A stretch of 64,000 bases of DNA from Candidatus Pelethousia sp. (GTDB taxonomy: Bacteria > Bacillota > Clostridia > Christensenellales > CAG-138), in contig JAYFPE010000004.1 in NCBI GenBank assembly GCA_034928145.1, positions 842 through 64,841 on the forward strand. The letters are read 5' to 3'. The position numbers were made by a program, and so were the translations under genes. This document shows, piece by piece, positions 57,149 through 64,000 of the stretch. The notes beneath the pieces were generated by a model. That model ran no database searches. It worked only from the letters and a program-made list of their open reading frames with translations, and was not told the DNA's origin. Positions within the stretch are counted from its first letter, which is position 1. Each line of letters opens with the position of its first letter.

Positions 57149-58210
57149 ATGACCCTATCCGCCAATAGCAAGAGAAAAATCGCGCTCATCCTGGCCCTGC
57201 TGATGGCCGTGGCCCTTTGCGGCTGCGCCGGCGGCGAGAAGGCTACCACCCTTTATATCCTCAACTGGGGGGATTATATCGACGAAGCGCTGCTCACCGA
57301 GTTCGAAGAGGAAAGCGGCATCAAAATCAACTATACCTCCATGGCCACCAACGAAGAGATGATGGTTAAGCTGCAGGAGCCGGATTGCATCTACGATGTC
57401 TGCTTCCCCTCGGACTATATCATCGAGAAGCTGGTGGCGCAGGATCTTCTGCACAAGCTGAATAAGGATAACATCCCCAACCTCGCCAACATCGACCAGC
57501 GCTTTATGAACCTGGATTTCGACCCGGGCAATCAATACTCCGTACCCTATATGTGGGGCACCGTGGGCATTCTTTATAACACCACCATGGTGAGCGACCC
57601 GGTGGATAGCTGGGATATCCTCTGGAATGAGAAATATGGCGGCCAGATCTTGATGTACGACAGCATCCGCGATACCATCGGCGTGGCCCTGATGAAGCTG
57701 GGCCGCTCCATCAATACCCGCGACGAGCAGGATATCAAGGACGCCGAGGAAATCCTCATCGCCCAAAAGCCCCTGGTGCTGGCTTACCTGGGCGACTCCA
57801 TTAAGGACCGCATGATCTCGGGCGGCGGCGCGCTGGCCGTCGTCTATTCCGGCGACGCTATGTGGTGCATGGATGAGAACCCGGATCTTGCTTACGCCGT
57901 GCCCGAAACCGGCACCAACCTCTGGTTCGATAACATCATCATCCCCAAAACCAGCAAGCACACCGAGGAGGCCGAGGCTTTCATCAACTTCCTGTGCGAC
58001 GCGAACGTGGCCGCGCAGAATGCCGAATACATCGGCTATTCCACGCCCAACGCGCCGGCGCTGCAGCTGCTGGGCGAGGACTATATCAACAACGAGACCT
58101 ATACCCCCCCGCAGGCGCTGCTCGATAGGTGCGAGATCTTCCACGACCTGGGCGATTTCGTCACCGTTTACAACGATGCCTGGAACCGGGTCAAATCCTA
58201 CGTAGGGTAA
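57149..58210 (+). CDS. potD: Spermidine/putrescine-binding lipoprotein
   Basis: Lipobox LCGC, then LYILNWGDYI and the YSVPYMWGT motifs typical of PotD/PotF. Confidence 0.85.
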   Translation: MTLSANSKRKIALILALLMAVALCGCAGGEKATTLYILNWGDYIDEALLTEFEEESGIKINYTSMATNEEMMVKLQEPDCIYDVCFPSDYIIEKLVAQDLLHKLNKDNIPNLANIDQRFMNLDFDPGNQYSVPYMWGTVGILYNTTMVSDPVDSWDILWNEKYGGQILMYDSIRDTIGVALMKLGRSINTRDEQDIKDAEEILIAQKPLVLAYLGDSIKDRMISGGGALAVVYSGDAMWCMDENPDLAYAVPETGTNLWFDNIIIPKTSKHTEEAEAFINFLCDANVAAQNAEYIGYSTPNAPALQLLGEDYINNETYTPPQALLDRCEIFHDLGDFVTVYNDAWNRVKSYVG

Positions 58211-58233
58211 ATAGCTTCCCTTAGAATAAAGCA

Positions 58234-58270
58234 GGGGCGGCCATCCTTGATGCGCCGCCCTTCGTTTATT
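58234..58270. terminator. Bidirectional terminator between convergent potD and the WYL gene
   Basis: GGGCGGC-12 nt-GCCGCCC followed by TTCGTTTATT. An A-rich run precedes it. Confidence 0.55.
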
Positions 58271-59249
58271 CCTGCGATTCGGGTTCGCTCTCATACATGG
58301 CCAAGGCCGCTTGCAGGCTTTGCCGCAGGGCCTGCCGCAAGCCGGTCGGCGCCAGCACCTCCAGATCATCGCCAAAGGAGAGCAGCCAGGCCGTGAGGTC
58401 CGGCCCCTGCGACGCCCGCGCTTCCAGCAGGAAGCGGCCGTCCGCCTGCCTGTGCGGGGGTAGGGAAGGCTCCAGGCGTTCGAGCGCCGCAGGCAGTGTT
58501 TCCTCGCGGCAGGCAAGCAGCAGAGGGACGGATTCGGCCGCGCAAAAGCGGGCTTGGCGCGCGGCGTAATCCCAGGCGTCAAAGGCGGCTGCATAGGGGG
58601 CCGCGTGCGCAAAACGCCGCCAGGGCGTAGCGTCCCGCCGCACGGCGGTAATGCGCGAGATGGGCAGCAGCGATAAGCCCTCCTTCCCTTCGAGATTGCA
58701 CACGAGGCAGCAGCGGCCTTCGGCTAGGATGATCGCATAGGGGCTGGCCCTAAGGCGCTTGGCTGGGATGCCACCTTGGCTCTCGCCTTCCCTATAGGCA
58801 AAGGTGATCTGGCAGCGGCCGCCAATAGCGGCTTGCAGGGCTTCCAGGCTGCGCAGGGCCTCGTCGTTGGGGGCCTTGGGCGCGCCCAGGCCGGGTGCAA
58901 GAGCGCTTTGCGCCTGGTAGCGGCTCAAAAAGAGGCCCAGCCGGTTGGTCAAATCCTCCGTGCGCCGCCTGGTAAGGAAGGGGGCGGCGCGCAGGGCTTC
59001 CGCCAGAATGCGGACCTCCCCGGGCGGGAAGGCGCGGCCTTTAAGATAATAGCCGGCCGCGCTCTTATGGATATCCGCGCCGTATTCGATTAACGCCTGG
59101 ATATCGCGGTAGATGCTCTTGCGCTCGGCGGCGATATCCCGCTCCGCAAGGGCATCCACCAATTGGGGAACGGTGAGGCGGTGGGCCTCGTCCGTCTCCT
59201 CTCGAAAAATATCCAGCAGGTATAATAGCCGCAGGTTGGTATAAGCCAT
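58266..59249 (-). CDS. HTH-WYL-WCX type transcriptional regulator
   Basis: N-terminal winged HTH (RLLYLLDIFREETDEAHRLTVPQLVDAL...IYRDIQAL). The central WYL-like barrel and the C-terminal ...LEVLAPTGLRQ block are typical of YafY/BrxR-like regulators. Confidence 0.7.
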   Translation of the reverse strand: MAYTNLRLLYLLDIFREETDEAHRLTVPQLVDALAERDIAAERKSIYRDIQALIEYGADIHKSAAGYYLKGRAFPPGEVRILAEALRAAPFLTRRRTEDLTNRLGLFLSRYQAQSALAPGLGAPKAPNDEALRSLEALQAAIGGRCQITFAYREGESQGGIPAKRLRASPYAIILAEGRCCLVCNLEGKEGLSLLPISRITAVRRDATPWRRFAHAAPYAAAFDAWDYAARQARFCAAESVPLLLACREETLPAALERLEPSLPPHRQADGRFLLEARASQGPDLTAWLLSFGDDLEVLAPTGLRQALRQSLQAALAMYESEPESQE

Positions 59250-59250
59250 A

Positions 59251-59526
59251 TCACACAAACATCCGGATCAAAAGATAGATTAGGCTGCCGATACAGCACA
59301 AAAGGGCGATGGCCATGGCAGCCTGGGCCTTAACGCGCTTCTTTTTGGCCCGTTCGCGGTTCCTGATATCGAAAAACCACACCACGGCCACCAAAAAGCC
59401 GCATAGACCGGCAACCGGGGCGGCCAGCAGGGGCAGGGAGAGGAAAAGGTTCCCGCCCAGGAACAGCGCGTCCCCCAACAGAGCGAGAGAAACGAGGCAA
59501 AAGAGATAGGCGATAAGGCCGAACAC
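59251..59526 (-). CDS. Small 3-TM membrane protein translationally coupled to the WYL regulator
   Basis: The hydrophobic ORF has GC-rich third codon positions. GTG at 59526 follows GAAAGGTGG by 6 nt (the ORF opens at TTG 59550). Its stop is 2 nt from the WYL gene's ATG. Confidence 0.45.
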   Translation of the reverse strand: MFGLIAYLFCLVSLALLGDALFLGGNLFLSLPLLAAPVAGLCGFLVAVVWFFDIRNRERAKKKRVKAQAAMAIALLCCIGSLIYLLIRMFV

Positions 59527-59546
59527 GAGCAACCACCTTTCAGATG

Positions 59547-59888
59547 TCAAAAAAGTGGCTGCGCGCCACTTTTTTGAGTTTATAGGGCTTGCTTGCGCCT
59601 ACGGTACACCCGCCGGGGTGCAACGGATGCCGCCGAAGGCGACATATTAAGGACGCGGCCGGCAGACCCTCAGGGGAAAGCCTTGCATGCAAGGCTTCAG
59701 CGTGTCAAAAAACCCGGGATTGTCAAGGGGCTGCAGCCCCGTGACTTCCAGTCCGGCTGCGGCGGCATATACGCCGAAACGGAGGAAAGCCGTAAGCTTT
59801 CTTACTTTGCACGCTTTGCCGCCCGGAAACGCGCGGCGTTTTAGGCGAAACGTGTATCCTTAAAAAGTGGCGCAGCCACTTTTTTGAC
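59547..59888. repeat. Mosaic intergenic repeat, copy C (module 1 + inverted module 2, bounded by two palindromes)
   Basis: It starts with TCAAAAAAGTGGCTGCGCGCCACTTTTTTGA (59547-59577) and ends with AAAAAGTGGCGCAGCCACTTTTTTGACA (59862-59888). The left part parallels 23722-23826. The right part is the reverse complement of 22011-22252. Confidence 0.8.
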
Positions 59889-59895
59889 AAGCGGG

Positions 59896-60891
59896 TTAGT
59901 CCGCCTGGGCTACGGCCACGGCCACCGCCACGGTAGCGCCTACCATGGGGTTGTTGCCCATGCCGATCAGGCCCATCATCTCTACGTGGGCGGGCACGGA
60001 GGAGCTGCCGGCAAACTGCGCGTCGCTGTGCATGCGGCCCATGGTATCCGTCATGCCGTAGGAAGCGGGGCCTGCGGCCATGTTATCCGGGTGCAGGGTG
60101 CGGCCGGTGCCGCCGCCGCTGGCCACGGAGAAGTATTTCCTGCCGTTCTCCGTGCACCACTTCTTATAGGTGCCGGCTACGGGGTGCTGGAATCTGGTGG
60201 GGTTGGTGGAGTTGCCGGTGATGGAAACATCCACCTGCTCGTGGCGCATGATGGCCACGCCCTCGTTCACATCGTCCGCGCCGTAGCAGCGTACGTTGGC
60301 GCGCTCGCCCTGGCTGAAAGCCTTGGTGGAAACGATGGCCAGCTCGCCGGTATATTGGTTATAGTCGGTTTCGCAATAGGTGAAGCCGTTGATGCGGCTG
60401 ATGATGTAGGCTGCATCCTTGCCCAGGCCATTGAGGATGACCTGCAGGGGCTTTTGGCGCACCTTGTTGGCCGTGCGGGCGATGCCGATCGCGCCTTCCG
60501 CAGCGGCGAAGCTCTCGTGGCCCGCGAGGAAAGCGAAGCAAGCGGTCTCCTCCCGCAGGAGCATCGCCCCCAGGTTACCATGGCCCAGGCCCACCTGGCG
60601 CTGATCCGCCACGGAGCCGGGGATGCAGAACGCCTGCAAGCCTTCGCCAATGGCCTCGGCCGCCTCGGCCGCGTTCTTCACGCCCTTGGTGATGGCGATC
60701 GCAGCGCCCAGGGTATAGGCCCAAACGGCGTTCTCAAAGGCGATGGGCTGGATGCCCATCACGATGGAGCGCACGTCCACACCTTTGGCCTTGAGCATTT
60801 CATCCGCCGCTTCCAGGCTCTTGATGCCATGCTGGGCCAGGGCGGCGTTGATCTTTTCGATCCTTCTTTCGTATCCTTCAAACATTGCCAT
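59896..60891 (-). CDS. GGGtGRT family protein (uncharacterised)
   Basis: 331 aa. The literal GGGTGRT motif is encoded at 60097-60117 (minus strand). The size matches my recollection of the Pfam GGGtGRT family. GGAGG RBS. Confidence 0.8.
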   Translation of the reverse strand: MAMFEGYERRIEKINAALAQHGIKSLEAADEMLKAKGVDVRSIVMGIQPIAFENAVWAYTLGAAIAITKGVKNAAEAAEAIGEGLQAFCIPGSVADQRQVGLGHGNLGAMLLREETACFAFLAGHESFAAAEGAIGIARTANKVRQKPLQVILNGLGKDAAYIISRINGFTYCETDYNQYTGELAIVSTKAFSQGERANVRCYGADDVNEGVAIMRHEQVDVSITGNSTNPTRFQHPVAGTYKKWCTENGRKYFSVASGGGTGRTLHPDNMAAGPASYGMTDTMGRMHSDAQFAGSSSVPAHVEMMGLIGMGNNPMVGATVAVAVAVAQAD

Positions 60892-60906
60892 TTCCTTGCC
60901 CTCCTC

Positions 60907-61599
60907 TTACTGCTTGCGGGGATCCAGCACGGTAGCGGCTTCCGCGAAGCGGCCATAGGTGCCGATGTTCTTTTCGTAGGCCTCTTTGGGGTCCACACCC
61001 TTTTTGATGGCGTCCATCATCTTGCCGAGGTTAACGAACTTGTAGCCGATGATCTCGCCGCCTTCGTCAAGGCCGATGCCCAGCACATAGCCTTCCGCCA
61101 TCTCCAGGTAGCGGGGGCCTTTCTTCTGCGTGCCGTACATGGTGCCGATCTGGCTCCGTAGGCCCTTGCCCAGGTCTTCCAAGCCGCCGCCGATGGGCAG
61201 GCCGCCCTCGGAAAAGGCCGTTTGGCTGCGGCCATAGACGATTTGCAGGAAGAGCTCGCGCATGGCGGTGTTGATGGCGTCGCAAACCAGGTCCGAATTC
61301 AGCGCTTCGAGAATGGTTTTTCCGGGCAGTATTTCTGCGGCCATGGCGGCGCTGTGGGTCATGCCGGAGCAGCCCAGGGTTTCGATGAGGGCTTCCTCGA
61401 TGACGCCGTCCTTAATATTGAGCGTCAGCTTGCAGGCGCCCTGCTGGGGCGCGCACCAGCCCACGCCATGGGTAAGGCCGCTGATATCCTTAATCTGTTT
61501 GGCTTTGACCCACCTTCCTTCCTCGGGGATGGGGGCCGGGTCATGCTTCGCGCCCTTGGCGACGCAAAACATCTCTTCAACTTCGTGTGAATATTGCAT
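60907..61599 (-). CDS. NifU/IscU N-terminal-like Fe-S scaffold-type protein with C-terminal extension
   Basis: Three Cys contexts (GVGWCAPQQGAC, ETLGCSGMTHSAAMAAE, DLVCDAI) are arranged as in IscU-type scaffolds. About 100 extra C-terminal residues follow. Confidence 0.65.
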   Translation of the reverse strand: MQYSHEVEEMFCVAKGAKHDPAPIPEEGRWVKAKQIKDISGLTHGVGWCAPQQGACKLTLNIKDGVIEEALIETLGCSGMTHSAAMAAEILPGKTILEALNSDLVCDAINTAMRELFLQIVYGRSQTAFSEGGLPIGGGLEDLGKGLRSQIGTMYGTQKKGPRYLEMAEGYVLGIGLDEGGEIIGYKFVNLGKMMDAIKKGVDPKEAYEKNIGTYGRFAEAATVLDPRKQ

Positions 61600-61712
61600 A
61601 CGGTAAGATCCTCCTTCGCGTATTATCGCTAAAATATTCCCAATAAAGTATACACAATAAAACCGGCCTGAGCAAGAGCGGCCCGGGCCTTTTTGCGCCC
61701 GGCCCGGCCTTG

Positions 61713-62387
61713 TCAGAATAAATAACAGATGGGGATCACAAGAAAGACGGCGGGTACGTAGTTCATTACCTTGATCTTGGTCACGCCCAGCATATTCAGG
61801 CCCAGGGCGATGATCAGCAGGCTGCCCACGCAGGTCATCTCCGCGATTACGAACTCACTCAAAACGGGGCTGAGGGCCTGGGCCAAAAGGGTGATGGCCC
61901 CCTGATAGAGCAGCACGGCCCCGGCCGAAAGGGCTACGCCCACGCCCAGGCTGGCGGCAAAAACGATGGAGGAGATGCCGTCCAGCAGAGACTTGGCGAA
62001 AAGCGTGGTATGATCGCCCGTGAGGCCGCTTTGCAGGCTGCCCACCACGGCCATGGCCCCCACGCAAAAGAGCAGGCTGGCCGTGACGAAACCGTTGGAA
62101 AGGCTGCCGTTACCGGATTGGAGCAAGCGCTCCAAAAAATTGCCCAGGCTGCCCAGCCGCGCATCCAGATCCAGCAGACAACCGAGGATGGCCCCCAGCA
62201 CCATCGATAGGATGGTAATGAGCGCATTGGCGCCCTCCAGGCAGCCGTCAAGGCCGATGTAGACCACGCAAAGCGCCACGCCTTTCATGATGGCGTCGTT
62301 CATCTTTTCGGGGATGCCCTTTTTGAGCAGCAGGCCCGCGAGGCTTCCGGCGAGGATGGCCCCCGCGTTTACCAAAGTTCCCAGCAT
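61713..62387 (-). CDS. DUF554 family membrane protein (YdfK/YqgA-like)
   Basis: MLGTLVNAGAILAGSLAGLLLKKGIPEK N-terminus and a multi-TM protein of 224 aa. Confidence 0.75.
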   Translation of the reverse strand: MLGTLVNAGAILAGSLAGLLLKKGIPEKMNDAIMKGVALCVVYIGLDGCLEGANALITILSMVLGAILGCLLDLDARLGSLGNFLERLLQSGNGSLSNGFVTASLLFCVGAMAVVGSLQSGLTGDHTTLFAKSLLDGISSIVFAASLGVGVALSAGAVLLYQGAITLLAQALSPVLSEFVIAEMTCVGSLLIIALGLNMLGVTKIKVMNYVPAVFLVIPICYLF

Positions 62388-62435
62388 ATGCGTAAAATTT
62401 ATCCCTTCCGGCGGCAGGCAGGGCCCGCCGCAAAA

Positions 62436-63323
62436 TCAATCCGCGCTGATATATTCGCCCGTTGAGAGGGCCGCGCCGTCGCTCACCCAAACGATGGCGA
62501 GCTGATCTCCTTCATTGATGTAGGCTTGCGCGCCTATGGCCGCATAACGCGCGAGCACGGCTTCATCCGGGGAATCCGCATCCTGCGCCCGGTTGCCGGT
62601 GAGGTAGACCGCCTCGGGGGCTACGGCCTCGATGAAAGCCTCTGTGTTGGCGTCCGCCTGCCCGTGGCGGCCCGCTTTAAGGAAATCCGCCCGCAACCCG
62701 GCGGGGCTATAGGAGGCCAGCAGATCTTCTTCAATGAGGCTGGTGGCATCCGCCATCAGCAGAAAAGAGACCTCCCCGTGAGTCAGCCGAAAGACGAGGG
62801 AATTATTGTTATCGTCCTCCTCATCGGAATAGGGCCGGGCGGGGGCCAGAAAATCCACCGCTATATTGCCGAAGGAGAGGGATGTGCCGCTACGGCTTGC
62901 GCCATTTATCGTGGCCGGGTAGAGCGGCAGCCATTTATCTGCGGCCGTGCTTAGCAGCTCCCGCTCCTTTTTGCCGTAGGTGGCGGTATCGTAGTCGTTG
63001 GTATAAATCGTGCCGATTTTGTAATCCTTGGCCAACTGCTTAAGGCCGCCGATGTGATCCTTATGGCCATGGGTGATGATCAGGTGGTCGATCTTGCGTA
63101 CCCCTGCCAGCTCCAGCACGGCTTTGATCTGGGAATAGGTATCCTTCAGGCCCGTATCCACCAGCAGGCTTTCGCCGTTTGGCAGGCAAAAGAGCAGGCA
63201 ATCGGCCTTACCCGTGTTTACCCCATAGAGCGTCAATTCGCCCGGGCCTTTTTGACAGCCCGCCGCCAGCAGCAAAGCCGCCAGCAGGGCCAGCAGAACG
63301 CACCCCATCCGGCGCTTCATCAT
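62436..63323 (-). CDS. Metallo-beta-lactamase-fold lipoprotein (ComEC C-terminal-domain-like)
   Basis: Lipobox LLAAGC and the metal motif ITHGHKDHIGG. Confidence 0.75.
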   Translation of the reverse strand: MMKRRMGCVLLALLAALLLAAGCQKGPGELTLYGVNTGKADCLLFCLPNGESLLVDTGLKDTYSQIKAVLELAGVRKIDHLIITHGHKDHIGGLKQLAKDYKIGTIYTNDYDTATYGKKERELLSTAADKWLPLYPATINGASRSGTSLSFGNIAVDFLAPARPYSDEEDDNNNSLVFRLTHGEVSFLLMADATSLIEEDLLASYSPAGLRADFLKAGRHGQADANTEAFIEAVAPEAVYLTGNRAQDADSPDEAVLARYAAIGAQAYINEGDQLAIVWVSDGAALSTGEYISAD

Positions 63324-63367
63324 GCCATACCTTCCTTTCGGTCGTTGGGTGTATGTACTATAATATC

Positions 63368-63396
63368 ATAAAAAGCGGCCCCGGCAAAGGGGCCGC
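63368..63396 (-). terminator. Rho-independent terminator of the SH3 gene
   Basis: Minus strand GCGGCCCC-TTTGCC-GGGGCCGC followed by TTTTTAT. Confidence 0.65.
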
Positions 63397-63436
63397 ATGG
63401 CTTCAAAAATACGTCTGCGCCGCTTGTTTGGAAGGG

Positions 63437-64000
63437 CTATTGCGCGCTCAGGCAATCTTTATGAAGGTACCCCGTGTAGATATCCGCCTGGCAATAATAC
63501 CAATCGCCGGTTGCGGAGAAGAGGATGACGGGGGTGCCGGCGGGAAGGCCCGCGATCACGTCCCCATCCGTGGAGGGCAGGCTACGCAGCCGGGCTATAA
63601 TGCCCTGGGCGATAAAGGCGCCCGTGCCGGAAACCACGGCGGTTGTGCCATCCGCATTGGTAACGCCAGCGGCCACGGTAGGGAGGGCGGGGAAGAGGTA
63701 TACGGTGCTCTCCTGCACATACTTGGTGCGCATATAGCCGGCTACGCCGTTATATTCGCCATACCACCAGCCCTTTTTCGGGTTTTCGTATACGGTGGGC
63801 TGGCCGCCGGAGGGGATGGTGGCGAGGCGTTCGCCGGATGCATCCATGGTGCCGTAAACATAGGTTTTAGCGGTGGCCTTATAGCCGCTGGTCAGCTGCA
63901 CGTTATCCGGCTCGCAAAGCAGGTAGGGGGATTTCACATAGCCCAGCTTGCCGCTGGCGGTGCGTACCTTGCACCAATCATCCGCCAGCTGCAGCAGCAT
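63437..64000 (-). CDS. Bacterial SH3-domain repeat protein, C-terminal part (gene runs off the window)
   Basis: Repeated SH3b-like blocks (DWCKVRTASGKLGYVKSPYL, WWYGEYNGVAGYMRTKYV, DWYYCQADIYTGYLHKDCL). The ORF is open to the window edge. Confidence 0.55.
   Translation of the reverse strand: MLLQLADDWCKVRTASGKLGYVKSPYLLCEPDNVQLTSGYKATAKTYVYGTMDASGERLATIPSGGQPTVYENPKKGWWYGEYNGVAGYMRTKYVQESTVYLFPALPTVAAGVTNADGTTAVVSGTGAFIAQGIIARLRSLPSTDGDVIAGLPAGTPVILFSATGDWYYCQADIYTGYLHKDCLSAQ

Noticed and set aside
59578-59861. Possible invertible promoter segment (inverton) between the two palindromes of repeat copy C.
   Set aside because: Each boundary is itself a palindrome and looks like a terminator. 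No recombinase gene is nearby, and the TTGACA-like strings lie in hairpin contexts. I cannot exclude it without read-orientation data, but I have no positive evidence for it.

Overview
This 64-kb chromosomal window comes from a high-GC Gram-positive anaerobe that looks Clostridia-like. Supporting signs are a Bacillus-type SRP RNA of about 270 nt, yaaO-darA-holB-ricT synteny, a CpI-type [FeFe] hydrogenase, and lipobox and sortase-type signals. I call about 62 protein genes, one SRP RNA, one tRNA-Arg(CCG) next to a decayed tRNA copy, and a set of promoters, terminators and operators read directly from the sequence. Most of the content is core metabolism and transport: psuK-psuG, gap, fba, an M29 aminopeptidase, a GT2 glycosyltransferase, hydA, azlCD, an orphan MsmK-type ATPase, a CNNM/CorC-type protein, a CapD-type dehydratase, an FGGY kinase, a TetR-linked aminotransferase/aldolase pair, a CoADR/Nox-type reductase, a HlyD-MacB-type efflux operon, dhaKLM with its own HPr and EI, radA, potABCD with an XRE-cupin regulator, a WYL regulator, a NifU-like + GGGtGRT pair, a DUF554 protein and an MBL lipoprotein. 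I found no CRISPR array, no intact IS element, prophage or integrase, and no known toxin-antitoxin or defence cassette. The items most worth a second look are these. (1) A tightly coupled NifU-like/GGGtGRT gene pair of unknown function. (2) A family of sequence-conserved palindromic terminators (AAAAAAGTGGC-N4-6-GCCACTTTTTT, six copies) and larger mosaic intergenic repeats built around them (22.0 kb, 23.7 kb, 59.5-59.9 kb). (3) Matching perfect palindromes that tie a TetR gene to an FGGY kinase and an aminotransferase/tandem-aldolase operon. (4) A Cys-to-Ser change in the H-cluster L1 motif of the hydrogenase. (5) A four-gene MacB-type operon whose permease and lipoprotein share an unusual G/M/P/S/F low-complexity module. 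(6) An AT-rich islet of orphan ORFs beside tRNA-Arg and a tRNA fragment. Long ORFs antisense to real genes are GC-driven shadows and were rejected. All family assignments rest on motif recognition and memory, and no searches were run. RNA ends, promoters and start codons are approximate.
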